Shown piece after piece: positions 45,683 through 54,653 of a DNA stretch of 64,000 nt (position 1 is the stretch's first letter; the number at the start of each line of letters is the position of its first letter). Both the position numbers and the translations under genes were made by a program. Below the pieces are notes generated by a model. It was not told the DNA's origin and ran no database searches. It saw only the letters and a list, made by a program, of their open reading frames with translations. The stretch comes from a virus (lineage: Duplodnaviria; Heunggongvirae; Uroviricota; Caudoviricetes). The stretch spans positions 1 through 64,000 of IMG/VR virus record IMGVR_UViG_3300025387_000012. The stretch is one strand, 5' to 3'.

Positions 45683-46124
45683 AGACACAGTCATTCCCTC
45701 CGGCTACCGTCTAACCGTAACCACATGGGAGAACGATGCCGACAACTACCGCACAGTCGTGAAGGAAGGCCTCTCTAAATCAGATGCCGACTTCTTCACC
45801 GACCTGTGCAAGGCATTCCTCCATAGCACAGACTACGCGGGCCGCATCTGCAACATCCACGAAGCTGATGAGACAGACATCGTCAGAGTCTATTCCGTCA
45901 TAGTGCCTATTATGCTTAAGCACGCGCAGACGGAACATCAGCTGACAGACCCAGAGGATCCAGATGATGACGAGCTCTGCCTTATCGGTGATGAGTGCAG
46001 CGAGTTCCTTTATGATCTCGGTATCAGCGGCGGAGAGTTCTACACGCGAGTCGTAGAGAGCTTTAAGGTAGAGTACGTCGACACCCCTATCACACTCAAG
46101 AACGTAACGGCTGAGTTCGAATGA
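45672..46124 (+). CDS. hypothetical acidic protein
   Basis: ORF 150 aa. Confidence 0.45.
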   Translation: MKTKDTVIPSGYRLTVTTWENDADNYRTVVKEGLSKSDADFFTDLCKAFLHSTDYAGRICNIHEADETDIVRVYSVIVPIMLKHAQTEHQLTDPEDPDDDELCLIGDECSEFLYDLGISGGEFYTRVVESFKVEYVDTPITLKNVTAEFE

Positions 46125-46384
46125 CCGACCCTGACTGCATCTGTCAAGGTAACTGGCGCCTGTTAGTTAAGGAGTATGAGCCACTCTTTAACCGCCAGTA
46201 CCGCTCTGACCGCAATGGACAGACGTACACCTTCGTAGGACTGCTCCATGCTGAGCGCGACTACTATTACCTGATGTGGAACAAGGAGAGCACAGAGCTT
46301 CTCTCCTGCGTAGGGAACATCGACGGGTTCGGCTACACTCTTATAGAGGAGAACGACGATGAAGATCGAGATGACGATAGGTGA
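46121..46384 (+). CDS. hypothetical protein
   Basis: ATGA-coupled ORF 87 aa. Confidence 0.45.
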   Translation: MTDPDCICQGNWRLLVKEYEPLFNRQYRSDRNGQTYTFVGLLHAERDYYYLMWNKESTELLSCVGNIDGFGYTLIEENDDEDRDDDR

Positions 46385-46580
46385 CGCTCTCCAAGCGGTT
46401 GAGTCGCGGCTGAAGATGCTGGGCGACCTGCCAGAGCGCAACTATGAGGCAATGCTTCACCTGCACCGCATGAAGCAGCGTCTCGAAGGCATGGTGCTGT
46501 ATAAGTTCGGCTACAAGGGCTTAAAGGTCTTGCTAGATAATAACGATCTCGACGCTCTGACTAAGCGCCCTCTGTCCTGA
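46359..46580 (+). CDS. hypothetical protein
   Basis: ORF 73 aa. Confidence 0.4.
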   Translation: MKIEMTIGDALQAVESRLKMLGDLPERNYEAMLHLHRMKQRLEGMVLYKFGYKGLKVLLDNNDLDALTKRPLS

Positions 46581-46614
46581 ATAAATACAGAGGTACAGAC
46601 GAGGAAACTACGAC

Positions 46615-46926
46615 ATGGTCAGAAAACGTTCCGAGGCCTCACACGCGCCGCAGCGGGAGTTCAGCGAGAGCCACCTAAACGCACTAAGGGGCGGTGCTAA
46701 GCGCAGGCGGGATGAACAGATCGTAGGCAATTGGATCAGAGTAACCAACCCTGTCCTATACGCCCAGTTGCTCGGGGAGGCGACCACTCGGCCAACGTCC
46801 CCCGCCCTGGCCAACGTCCAACTCGCCCCAACTCCGGCCCAAGTGGAGCCAAGTCCCCGCGCGGCTCCCCAAGTGGTCAATGACGAAGACTTCCGCAAGC
46901 CCCCTCCTCGACTAGACATTAGATAG
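46615..46926 (+). CDS. hypothetical Pro-rich protein
   Basis: ORF 103 aa. Confidence 0.4.
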   Translation: MVRKRSEASHAPQREFSESHLNALRGGAKRRRDEQIVGNWIRVTNPVLYAQLLGEATTRPTSPALANVQLAPTPAQVEPSPRAAPQVVNDEDFRKPPPRLDIR

Positions 46927-46934
46927 GTTAACTC

Positions 46935-47096
46935 ATGGCTCTGAATAACACCTACCGACTGCCTGATACAGATGAACTGAATGAACAGCAGCGCGATCTA
47001 AGCTTAGCTGAGGTGCATCGTAAGCTTAAAGAGCTACCTCACTATGACTTCATTCAGCTGATGCAGAAGCTTTGTGAAGATAAGAACGACAGGTGA
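46935..47096 (+). CDS. hypothetical small protein (53 aa)
   Basis: ATG with AGG upstream; not in >=60 aa track. Confidence 0.3.
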   Translation: MALNNTYRLPDTDELNEQQRDLSLAEVHRKLKELPHYDFIQLMQKLCEDKNDR

Positions 47097-47104
47097 ACCT
47101 TCCC

Positions 47105-47290
47105 ATGAAAACAGTTATCGGCTATATGGATCGGACAGACTTCGATCACGAACTCGGTCATGCGTCTGACGGTAATAAGGTCTACCCATCTGTCGAAGCT
47201 CTGAAGCGGGATCGATCTTGCGTCGACGAGTGCGGCATTGTACAGGTGGCCGTGACCTTCATCTCTGTAATAGAAGAAGGTACGATGTGA
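47105..47290 (+). CDS. hypothetical small protein
   Basis: AGGTGA RBS before ATG 47105. Confidence 0.35.
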   Translation: MKTVIGYMDRTDFDHELGHASDGNKVYPSVEALKRDRSCVDECGIVQVAVTFISVIEEGTM

Positions 47291-47514
47291 GCGACGTCCA
47301 CACCACTCACTGCTGCCCTTTGTTCGGCTGTAAGTACGGCGACGAGGACTGTACCGTAGCTACAGGGCAAGCTGAAGCCGAGTACGAGTGTGAGGACTGC
47401 TGCTGTGAACGCTTCCATCCTAACCTACTGAAGGAAGCGAACGGCTGGTGGAAGAGTCTGACTGACGAGGAGAAGCGTTCAGTGTATCACTTCAGTGGGG
47501 CGAGAAGATGCTAA
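47287..47514 (+). CDS. Cys-rich small protein (probable zinc-binding)
   Basis: GTG within ATGTGA junction, GAAGAAGG RBS; 9 Cys in 75 aa incl. HCC, CKYGDEDC, CEDCCCERFH. Confidence 0.35.
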   Translation: MSDVHTTHCCPLFGCKYGDEDCTVATGQAEAEYECEDCCCERFHPNLLKEANGWWKSLTDEEKRSVYHFSGARRC

Positions 47515-47681
47515 GCTTTAAGGACGCGGTCACCGAGTGTTTGATCATTGGCTCAACTGCTGATGAGGTCATCGCTGAGCTCAAGCTTTACTTCAAGACA
47601 GATGATGTTGATCTGTCTGTAGACGAAGAGGGTCGCTTCCTAGTTAGAGTTGAACAGCGGTTCGTCTGCATCACGTTCTAG
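47508..47681 (+). CDS. hypothetical small protein (57 aa)
   Basis: ATG overlapping upstream stop; not in track. Confidence 0.3.
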   Translation: MLSFKDAVTECLIIGSTADEVIAELKLYFKTDDVDLSVDEEGRFLVRVEQRFVCITF

Positions 47682-47727
47682 TTTACTTTCTGCTGGCGCT
47701 GTGCTATAGTAGGAAGAACGACGGAGG

Positions 47728-47979
47728 ATGGTGATGCCTAAGCTCAAGTCGATTACCGTAGAATGGATTGAGACCGCCTGCTGTAGCGTTACCTTTACCG
47801 AAAGGGACCTAAAGGACTTCGAGCTGGAGTTCGGTAGGAGTCCCACTCAGGCCGACCTGAAGATGATCGCGCGTGGTTGTCCGACGGTGAACCTCTTTAG
47901 GGGTGATCGGCGGGATTACCACTTCGAGAAAGAGTATGAGGACGAGGTGAAGGTGGTCGACCTCACAAAGCGGCGCTGA
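47728..47979 (+). CDS. hypothetical protein
   Basis: GGAGGATGG RBS; 83 aa. Confidence 0.5.
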   Translation: MVMPKLKSITVEWIETACCSVTFTERDLKDFELEFGRSPTQADLKMIARGCPTVNLFRGDRRDYHFEKEYEDEVKVVDLTKRR

Positions 47980-47983
47980 GCTG

Positions 47984-48011
47984 TTTACATTCGGTTGAGA
48001 GTGTGATACAG
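47984..48011 (+). promoter_or_regulatory. promoter, conserved family
   Basis: GCTGTTTACATTCGG...GTGTGATACA. Confidence 0.5.
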
Positions 48012-48018
48012 TTGCAAT

Positions 48019-48225
48019 ATGAAAAGGAAGACCCTCACAGCGCGGACCCCAGCTGACCTTATCGATAAGATCAGGAAGGTGGAGGGCTGGCCTCGTGAAG
48101 AAGGTGACAGCCTGCGGGTGACGATCGCGGCGAGACCTGTCACCAATACTTCATCCACACGCCCGAAGGAAAGCGGCGTCAGACGGATTAGTCGCTCACC
48201 CACAAAATATATGATGCATCTCTAA
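48019..48225 (+). CDS. hypothetical basic small protein
   Basis: Downstream of conserved promoter 47984; overlaps 3' end of minus-strand GIY-YIG gene. Confidence 0.35.
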   Translation: MKRKTLTARTPADLIDKIRKVEGWPREEGDSLRVTIAARPVTNTSSTRPKESGVRRISRSPTKYMMHL

Positions 48226-48814
48226 CATCGGGCGTCATGTACTGAAGAAGATCTTCCCACGCTTCTTCGGTAGTAACTATCTTCTTTCTATTCAAGCCCG
48301 TCTTTATCGGACTGCCTTTGACGACAACAGCATTTGTTAATGGGTGACCTTGAAGCTTTCTGCGTTCAATCAGAAGACTTTCTTCCTTAAGTCTTTCTCT
48401 CTTGTCCTTAACCCCGACCAGCACCGCATCAAAGCTTAAAGACGCAGGATCTTCTGTTGCCAACCTTTTGTATACTTTTGCGGTAACAGCCTGTCCACTG
48501 ATAAAGAACACTTCATTGAGATGATCTCTACATCTCTTCCTGATGTTCTGAGCTTCACCTACATACACGACTTCTTTACCACAGCATATCTCATAGACGC
48601 CTGGCTCTTCAGGCAGTGCTTCAACTCTTTCAATAAGATCTTTACGTGCTTGAGAAAAACTGTGCCACGACATGTACATTTGGATCTGAGCTTCTTCTAC
48701 CTCAAGCTCAGCAAGTTCCTCTTCGTACTCTGTCTGAAGTCGGTTAAGACGATAGATGACTTTTCTCAAGCGCGCCTCAAGAACATCTCTTCGGGGGATG
48801 TTTGGTTCTCTCAT
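48188..48814 (-). CDS. GIY-YIG nuclease
   Basis: PGVYEICCGKEVVYVGEAQNIRKRCRDH: GIY-YIG with conserved Arg and Glu. Confidence 0.6.
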   Translation of the reverse strand: MREPNIPRRDVLEARLRKVIYRLNRLQTEYEEELAELEVEEAQIQMYMSWHSFSQARKDLIERVEALPEEPGVYEICCGKEVVYVGEAQNIRKRCRDHLNEVFFISGQAVTAKVYKRLATEDPASLSFDAVLVGVKDKRERLKEESLLIERRKLQGHPLTNAVVVKGSPIKTGLNRKKIVTTEEAWEDLLQYMTPDVRDASYILWVSD

Positions 48815-49027
48815 TTCTTAAAAACTCCTGCACCAGTTGCTGAAATTATTTATAGTTTTAGCCACTGATGCCTTCATTTAATATCATTAAAGGCAGCTGG
48901 TGCTGATGTTTTCGGGCTAAAGGGTACTGCTTTGCCCGCTTTTCGGTTTCCTCAGAACGCTCCGTATAGACCGTTTATATAAGGGGCGTTGAGCCGCCCT
49001 ATAGCAGAAACGAGCCAAACTTTCCTG

Positions 49028-49056
49028 TGTACATCACCGTCAGGTTGTGGTATTAT
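49028..49056 (+). promoter_or_regulatory. promoter variant (TGTACA-N17-TATTAT)
   Basis: CCTGTGTACATCACC. Confidence 0.5.
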
Positions 49057-49087
49057 CATTTCAACGATTGATGACGGAGCGACAACG

Positions 49088-49345
49088 ATGTTCACCAACG
49101 ACACCTACATCCTCTGCGCTGCTGGTTCGGTTACCACTCAGCGGTTGGACATCATGGTCTACGCCACGACCCACGAACGCGCCGTTGAAATCGCAAAGAC
49201 GATGGTGCAGTCGCTCGCGGCTGGAGAGTACTTCCACTTCGATCTGTACTTCATCAGCGCCAACACGGCAACGGCCGACAAGCCGATCGCGACCTTCACC
49301 ACGAAGAAGCCGCCGATCGAAGTTAGCGTAAAGGCGAACTTCTAA
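49088..49345 (+). CDS. hypothetical protein
   Basis: GACGGAG RBS; promoter variant at 49028. Confidence 0.45.
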   Translation: MFTNDTYILCAAGSVTTQRLDIMVYATTHERAVEIAKTMVQSLAAGEYFHFDLYFISANTATADKPIATFTTKKPPIEVSVKANF

Positions 49346-49354
49346 CATTTTCCT

Positions 49355-49382
49355 GTTTACATCCTGACCGTTCTGTATAAGA
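49355..49382 (+). promoter_or_regulatory. promoter, conserved family (TTTACA-N16-TAAGAT)
   Basis: CCTGTTTACATCCTGACCG. Confidence 0.6.
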
Positions 49383-49408
49383 TCAGAATAACAGATGGAG
49401 ACGCGCTC

Positions 49409-49636
49409 ATGATGACCGTTTCGGTATGGCCTAAGGGATACGCAGACTGGACCGGTCCGAGCACCTTCGAGGTTGCTGACGGTACCGAACGGTCAGTGAT
49501 CGACAAGATGGCGGCCGACAAGTACGGCTACTGGGCGAGAGTCTATTCTGTTCGGGAAAAATACGTTCCTTCAGCTCCGGTCATTCACGACGAAAAGATG
49601 AAGGCCTACATTCGCATGATGTCAAGGGACAGCTAA
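49409..49636 (+). CDS. hypothetical protein
   Basis: GGAG RBS; promoter 49355. Confidence 0.45.
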   Translation: MMTVSVWPKGYADWTGPSTFEVADGTERSVIDKMAADKYGYWARVYSVREKYVPSAPVIHDEKMKAYIRMMSRDS

Positions 49637-49637
49637 G

Positions 49638-50021
49638 ATGGACGTTTACGAGAACATTCTTGCCAACGCTTACGAGCCGAACCCCGGCTATCCCATCAAG
49701 TCTGATCGTGAGCGCGAGCTGGCCGTCATCCTCAACAAGCCGGTCAAGAGCCTGACGGCCGATGAGATGCGGAACATCGTCGACCTTCGCCATGAGTACG
49801 ACGAGCTGGTGGTGGCACGCACTGAAGCTGGCCAGCGCTACAACGCGGAGGTCAACCGGCTGCACAAGCAGTTCAAGGCCGACCTTGCGCTGCAGTTCTT
49901 CGGTGCAGCTGGTCATCCGAAGTCTGATCGGCTTTTCGGGCTGGCCTGGGAACACGGCCATTCTGGCGGTCTCGGCGACGTGTACCACTACTACTCCTCT
50001 TTCTCCGATCTGCTGAGCTGA
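49638..50021 (+). CDS. hypothetical protein
   Basis: ORF 127 aa. Confidence 0.45.
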   Translation: MDVYENILANAYEPNPGYPIKSDRERELAVILNKPVKSLTADEMRNIVDLRHEYDELVVARTEAGQRYNAEVNRLHKQFKADLALQFFGAAGHPKSDRLFGLAWEHGHSGGLGDVYHYYSSFSDLLS

Positions 50022-50026
50022 GGATC

Positions 50027-50236
50027 ATGATTCGCGCTGAACCCGTAGAAGCCGTCATCACGACCCTGCCGTGCAGCAAGTGCGGTGAGCAAACGCCGGC
50101 CTATCTGCTGGACGTCAAGGACGATGGCACCGGCAACTTCACGATCTTGGAATGCGAGCGCTGCTACGGACCTGGTTGGCTGCCGGCTTTTGTTGCGGCA
50201 GGCCGCTCTTTTCCTGTTTACATCCTGGCCGAATAG
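50027..50236 (+). CDS. hypothetical small zinc-ribbon-like protein
   Basis: CSKCG...CERCYG Cys pairs. Confidence 0.4.
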   Translation: MIRAEPVEAVITTLPCSKCGEQTPAYLLDVKDDGTGNFTILECERCYGPGWLPAFVAAGRSFPVYILAE

Positions 50237-50243
50237 TGTAATA
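50216..50243 (+). promoter_or_regulatory. promoter + shared leader cassette (..TATCAACTGGAGATG)
   Basis: CCTGTTTACATCCTGGCCGAATAGTGTAATAT. Confidence 0.6.
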
Positions 50244-50269
50244 TCACTATATCAACTGGAGATGCTCTC

Positions 50270-50563
50270 ATGGCCTTCGTCGTCTTCCACATCGAAACCA
50301 CTCAGATTCTCCGCGTCATCCGTCAGGGCTACTGGCAGGACGCCGTCTACAAGGAACGCGGTGGCGCTACTCGCGCGTTGAATGCCGCCGCTAAGGCTGG
50401 TCGGATCAACCCCGCGGAATACACCATCCTGCCGACGGACGAGTTCGCGAAGATCGAAAAGAAGCGGGTCGTCAAGAACCTGCTGAGCGGCGAGGATGTG
50501 ATCATCCCGGTCAACACGCCCTCCTGCTGCGACCCTTCGACGGAAACCTACTGGAGCATGTGA
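50270..50563 (+). CDS. hypothetical protein
   Basis: Promoter-leader cassette 50216 upstream. Confidence 0.45.
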   Translation: MAFVVFHIETTQILRVIRQGYWQDAVYKERGGATRALNAAAKAGRINPAEYTILPTDEFAKIEKKRVVKNLLSGEDVIIPVNTPSCCDPSTETYWSM

Positions 50564-50567
50564 GGCA

Positions 50568-50789
50568 ATGACCGACTACAGCGCGCGCCTCGATCTCTAC
50601 GTCATCATGGAAGAGGATCGCGCCGGCCATCGCTGCGTCCTCGACATGATCCGCATGGAGGACATCAGCCGGGCATCGGTCATTCGTCGCGCTCGCAAGC
50701 TCTGTCCGCCGGCCAGCCGGGTCATCGTGCTCGAGGACAATGATCCTACGAAGCCGGCAACCCCAATCTATAAGTCGAGGATCGCATGA
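50568..50789 (+). CDS. hypothetical protein
   Basis: ORF 73 aa. Confidence 0.4.
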   Translation: MTDYSARLDLYVIMEEDRAGHRCVLDMIRMEDISRASVIRRARKLCPPASRVIVLEDNDPTKPATPIYKSRIA

Positions 50790-50938
50790 AGTACCATTCC
50801 CCTTTCGACCTGCCTGACTATCGGAAGATGGTCGCTGGACCTGGCGCCAATCAACACCTACCGATCGTGCTGTCGGAGGGCATCTCCTACCGCGGCCATT
50901 CTCTCTGGACCAGCTTCAAGGCGTGGCTCGATCGGTAA
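50786..50938 (+). CDS. hypothetical small protein (50 aa)
   Basis: ATGA coupling; not in track. Confidence 0.3.
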   Translation: MKYHSPFDLPDYRKMVAGPGANQHLPIVLSEGISYRGHSLWTSFKAWLDR

Positions 50939-50975
50939 ACCGGCTGCATCACGACAAAAATTTTCAACTAACCTG

Positions 50976-51003
50976 TTTACATCCTGACCGAACGGTGTAT
51001 TAT
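50976..51003 (+). promoter_or_regulatory. promoter + shared leader cassette
   Basis: CCTGTTTACATCCTGACCGAACGGTGTATTAT. Confidence 0.6.
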
Positions 51004-51029
51004 CTCTCTATCAACTGGAGATAAAAGCT

Positions 51030-51446
51030 ATGATGCAGTCCGGAACCTACTACGTCGGTGATCTCTGCTACGTGTTCGACGATGAACGTTGGACCGATGT
51101 CTGCGACAAGATCATCGTGGGTCACAAGTGCCTTGATGGTGAGTTCACTCTGGACGATGGAACTACCTTCGCGATCTATTCGACGAAGTACGGCGATGGC
51201 CTTTACGAGGACAACTTCGGTCAGCGGATCGCCGTTGACTCTGGATCCATCGGCTGCGTCCTCGTAGATGCGATCGATGCCGACCGTCTGAAGGACATTC
51301 TGAACCGCAATCTGGCGGGCGTCTACACCTTCAAGACCGCGTTTGAGACCGGCTATGAAGATGACAACAACTCGGTCATCTCCTTCGGCAACACGGTCAT
51401 CGTGGATACGGACCCTCAGGAAGAAGACGAGGAGCAAGAGGACTGA
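51030..51446 (+). CDS. hypothetical protein with acidic C-terminal tail
   Basis: Promoter-leader cassette 50976; C-term DTDPQEEDEEQED. Confidence 0.5.
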   Translation: MMQSGTYYVGDLCYVFDDERWTDVCDKIIVGHKCLDGEFTLDDGTTFAIYSTKYGDGLYEDNFGQRIAVDSGSIGCVLVDAIDADRLKDILNRNLAGVYTFKTAFETGYEDDNNSVISFGNTVIVDTDPQEEDEEQED

Positions 51447-51704
51447 GAACCCAGACCCTCATCTTACCGCCCGCGATCTTCGAGGAGTTTGACCATGACA
51501 TCAGGTTCCTCGAAGAGACGCATGGGCTGGTTCGTAAATCAGTCCATCATCAGCCGGGCAATCGCTTCTCTATGAGAGGCGACACCTACACAATCACCTA
51601 CGGTGGGGCAGGGCGCTACAGTTCGTTTCAGAACCAAATGCACGTCCTCTGGGGGCGCATCAACAAAAAGTATCGCTTCACCGCCTGGCGCGGCAAATAA
51701 CCTG

Positions 51705-51732
51705 TTTACATCCTGGTAGAACGGTGTATTAT
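51705..51732 (+). promoter_or_regulatory. promoter + shared leader cassette
   Basis: CCTGTTTACATCCTGGTAGAACGGTGTATTAT. Confidence 0.6.
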
Positions 51733-51755
51733 CACTCTATCAACTGGAGACGGAC

Positions 51756-52016
51756 ATGTTCGACGATCTTGACCACAACGTTTTCCTCGAGTTCGCGAAC
51801 AACCTCGGTCGCGGCTATCTGAAGCTGTGGAAGGCAAGCGGCATCCTCATGACCCTTCGGGACTTTCCTGAGATCGCGAGTGACCCTCAGCGGCTGCGCA
51901 GCTACCTCGACAACTGCCTTCGCATGGAAGGCTTCCTTGACCCGCAGATCGAAGCCTGCGCCATCTTCTTCGAGCAGTGGGTCGACTACAAGACCACGTT
52001 TGGAAAGGTGAGCTAA
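51756..52016 (+). CDS. hypothetical protein
   Basis: Promoter-leader cassette 51705. Confidence 0.45.
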   Translation: MFDDLDHNVFLEFANNLGRGYLKLWKASGILMTLRDFPEIASDPQRLRSYLDNCLRMEGFLDPQIEACAIFFEQWVDYKTTFGKVS

Positions 52017-52186
52017 TGGAACACTTCACGTTTCGATTCCAAGGTGTGAACTTCAACGTCGAGTCGGATCACCACCTCAAGGCTATGTCAGAAGCCAATG
52101 ACTATTTCCGCCCGTTCGGTGGAGCCTGGTTCCGTATCGGCAACACCAACTGCTACGAGTGGCGAGTCGGCAACTTCTTCGATTGA
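52016..52186 (+). CDS. hypothetical small protein
   Basis: TAATGG coupling. Confidence 0.4.
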   Translation: MEHFTFRFQGVNFNVESDHHLKAMSEANDYFRPFGGAWFRIGNTNCYEWRVGNFFD

Positions 52187-52193
52187 GGGAACG

Positions 52194-52484
52194 ATGTCCA
52201 AGATCACCTACACCAACGGCTTCTCGGCGGTGAAGACCCTTCAGAGAGCCGCTGCCGATCCTCGCGTAATCGAGATCGAAGGAAACGGCATGGAGGAAGG
52301 TCGCGTCTTCATCCACCTTCGGCCAGGGTACGTCTTCTCTCTCAGCGAATGTTCCTGCCGTAGCGTAGGCAGCGCTAGAGAGGTTCGTGAAACAATGGCC
52401 TCTATCATGACCAGGGAAGAGTTCGAAAATAGCAGTTTACATCCTGGGCGAACAGTGTATTATCTCTCTATCAACTGGAGATGA
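52194..52484 (+). CDS. hypothetical protein
   Basis: GAGGGAA RBS; 3' end overlaps next promoter cassette. Confidence 0.45.
   Translation: MSKITYTNGFSAVKTLQRAAADPRVIEIEGNGMEEGRVFIHLRPGYVFSLSECSCRSVGSAREVRETMASIMTREEFENSSLHPGRTVYYLSINWR
52437..52464 (+). promoter_or_regulatory. promoter + shared leader cassette (overlaps 3' end of upstream ORF)
   Basis: CAGTTTACATCCTGGGCGAACAGTGTATTAT. Confidence 0.55.
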
Positions 52485-52488
52485 TCCA

Positions 52489-52737
52489 ATGGCCAAGGCA
52501 ATCGCTCTCTTCACCGGTATCGATACCTTCACTCGTCACGTTCACGTAGCGGTTCGTGAGGATGGCCAGCAGTTCTACCGCAACTACGGCAACTACGGCT
52601 TCAACGGCTACAGTAAGGGCTGGATGAAGTGGACTCGGTTGGGAAACCCTGTCACCATCAAGGACGATCACTGCGAGTGGGGGTTCAAGACCCTCAGCAG
52701 AGCTCCTTCGGCGAAAGGCATTAGGCTGCCCGCCTAA
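52489..52737 (+). CDS. hypothetical protein
   Basis: Promoter-leader cassette 52437. Confidence 0.45.
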   Translation: MAKAIALFTGIDTFTRHVHVAVREDGQQFYRNYGNYGFNGYSKGWMKWTRLGNPVTIKDDHCEWGFKTLSRAPSAKGIRLPA

Positions 52738-52745
52738 CTTTCCCT

Positions 52746-52773
52746 GTTTACATCCTGGGGAAACAGTGTAAGA
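52746..52773 (+). promoter_or_regulatory. promoter, conserved family (TAAGAT -10)
   Basis: CCTGTTTACATCCTGGGGAAACAGTGTAAGAT. Confidence 0.6.
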
Positions 52774-52802
52774 TCAGAATAACAGCTAACGAGGGCAGCC
52801 TA

Positions 52803-53003
52803 ATGGAATTTTCGACTCGCAAAGCAGCTCAGAAGTTCCTTGCGGATAAGGGGCTCTTCCTCGCAAACACCAGCCCTTTCTCTGACCAAGATCGAGAGTA
52901 CTGGGCGTTTGGTCAGCCAGGCGAAGGTAAGGATCGGCTCTACGATCACTCCGCTACCGTGACTCGCTGCGGCCGTACCTTCGTTGTATCAACCTTCTTC
53001 TGA
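52803..53003 (+). CDS. hypothetical protein
   Basis: Promoter 52746 upstream. Confidence 0.4.
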   Translation: MEFSTRKAAQKFLADKGLFLANTSPFSDQDREYWAFGQPGEGKDRLYDHSATVTRCGRTFVVSTFF

Positions 53004-53005
53004 GG

Positions 53006-53209
53006 ATGCAGATGCCCGAAGTCGAAACCATCGATCTCGAAATGCCCCGCTCTTGGGAACACTACATGATGACCTGTGATGGTGATCGGTACTCTGAGCG
53101 AGAGTGGCTGAAGATCGAGAAGTTCCTTTACACGAATGACATCGTTTACGGGGTGGAGGTTCTTTCCCGTACAGACGAGACCGTCATGATAAGGTGCCAG
53201 CGCGCATGA
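53006..53209 (+). CDS. hypothetical protein
   Basis: ORF 67 aa. Confidence 0.4.
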   Translation: MQMPEVETIDLEMPRSWEHYMMTCDGDRYSEREWLKIEKFLYTNDIVYGVEVLSRTDETVMIRCQRA

Positions 53210-53424
53210 CCCAGAAGTTCGAGGAAAAGAAGCTCGACACGATCTACGTGGAGGGTTCCCTTAGCTCGCTTATCAGTGACCTGCAGAGTATGCAGAGACG
53301 CTATGGCAAGGAAGGCTATGGCAACCTAACCGTCCGAAGCACGCGTACCTGCGGTCATCCGTTCTACTGCGAGTGCAGTGAGACGCCTACGCTCTTTGGT
53401 ACGAGGGCCGTAAAGGGAGAATAG
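53206..53424 (+). CDS. hypothetical protein
   Basis: ATGA coupling. Confidence 0.4.
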   Translation: MTQKFEEKKLDTIYVEGSLSSLISDLQSMQRRYGKEGYGNLTVRSTRTCGHPFYCECSETPTLFGTRAVKGE

Positions 53425-53452
53425 CTTGACGACGATTAGAGGAAACCTTATC

Positions 53453-53686
53453 ATGAATGTGTGGGTCGTCTACTACCACACGGAAAGTGGGGATGAGGGA
53501 GTCGCTGCGGTCTATAATCGCGAGCCGACAACCGAGGACCTTAACCATGTCTACCGCACCGTGCTCAGCAAGGAGATGGTGGATGAGGACGGGGATGGTG
53601 AGATGGTCAGCTACGCTCATCTCCGCGTCTATCCGTGCAGGGTCGAAACGCCTACTCCCGATCCAGTGCCAGTAAGGACGATATGA
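53453..53686 (+). CDS. hypothetical protein
   Basis: AGAGGAAA RBS. Confidence 0.4.
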   Translation: MNVWVVYYHTESGDEGVAAVYNREPTTEDLNHVYRTVLSKEMVDEDGDGEMVSYAHLRVYPCRVETPTPDPVPVRTI

Positions 53687-53817
53687 TCCTCGTTCTCGCA
53701 ATCATCGGCGGTCTCGCATTAGGAAACTGGCTCCTCGGAGTCGTGCTCGCCGCGATAGGGGTCGGAGAGTACCCCTGGCCGCTAGACGGAATCAGCCGCC
53801 GCAAAAGAGGCTATTGA
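53683..53817 (+). CDS. hypothetical small membrane protein (44 aa)
   Basis: ATGA coupling; single TM. Confidence 0.3.
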   Translation: MILVLAIIGGLALGNWLLGVVLAAIGVGEYPWPLDGISRRKRGY

Positions 53818-53820
53818 CTG

Positions 53821-53848
53821 TTTACATTCCTGCGGTTCGTGGTATAAT
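53821..53848 (+). promoter_or_regulatory. promoter, conserved family (TTTACA-N16-TATAAT; TTGACT just upstream)
   Basis: TTGACTGTTTACATTCCTG...GGTATAAT. Confidence 0.6.
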
Positions 53849-53878
53849 CAGAATACGAACTGCAGCGGAGAACTTTCG

Positions 53879-54031
53879 ATGGCTAACATTCGTCAGATCA
53901 TGAAGCTTCTGAACGTCTCTGAGGAAGCCGCTTTCCGCATCTTCGACAACATGTTCATCGACTTTAGTGAGTGCAGCCCTGCTGAGTTCAAGCGGGCCGC
54001 CACCGAAGCTAAGAAGAAGCTGGGGCTGTAA
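53879..54031 (+). CDS. hypothetical small protein (50 aa)
   Basis: GGAGAA RBS; promoter 53821. Confidence 0.35.
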   Translation: MANIRQIMKLLNVSEEAAFRIFDNMFIDFSECSPAEFKRAATEAKKKLGL

Positions 54032-54204
54032 TGACCAACGCTGAGAAGATCGCTCGCATCACCAAGGCGATTAACGCCATGACCGACTCCTACATCGACG
54101 AGGGTAACGCTGCTCTTGCCGAGAAGTCGAACAAGATGCTCGATGCCGATGATGACACGCTGGTCCAGCTCTACGACCTTATGGAGAGATGGCAGCGTGC
54201 TTAA
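54031..54204 (+). CDS. hypothetical small protein (57 aa)
   Basis: TAATG coupling. Confidence 0.35.
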   Translation: MTNAEKIARITKAINAMTDSYIDEGNAALAEKSNKMLDADDDTLVQLYDLMERWQRA

Positions 54205-54407
54205 GAAGGAACAGTGCATCCCTGGGGCGCTCCTTAAGATAAGGCCGCAGCCGAAGTCTGGCATTCCCGCTATGTACTCTGTCGGCGGTGATCAGAACCT
54301 CCCGTACGTTACGATGACAGAGTCCTCTGGCTCCTGGTTCGACGGTCACTGCGCTATCTATCCAGGTGCGATCGTTACCGTCGTTCGTGGACCTAAGAGA
54401 GTCCGCC

Positions 54408-54653
54408 ATGCCGCCAACACCACCCGTTCGGCCGGATGAGCCGATAGACGAAACCGAATGGATCAGAGGTCTCCGCAATCTTAATCGGTTGATCGAAGAG
54501 AAGTTGCGTGGTCACCGCCTCGTCAATCCACCCGCTGAAGTGGGCGAGGATGAGTTGGCGAAAGTGTTTTGGGATCAGGGAGCGCCCGACCCCAAAGACG
54601 GCGCCCGCGCCCTGCTGGCGAAATACCACATTACGAGGAGGGATGAGGGATGA
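54408..54653 (+). CDS. hypothetical protein (GC-rich segment)
   Basis: ORF; ends with TRRDEG motif repeated in next gene. Confidence 0.35.
   Translation: MPPTPPVRPDEPIDETEWIRGLRNLNRLIEEKLRGHRLVNPPAEVGEDELAKVFWDQGAPDPKDGARALLAKYHITRRDEG

Noticed and set aside
51447-51700. Possible 43-aa ORF (ATG 51572) in gap between 51030 gene and next promoter
   Set aside because: No RBS, stop codon overlaps the conserved promoter; could equally be untranslated spacer.
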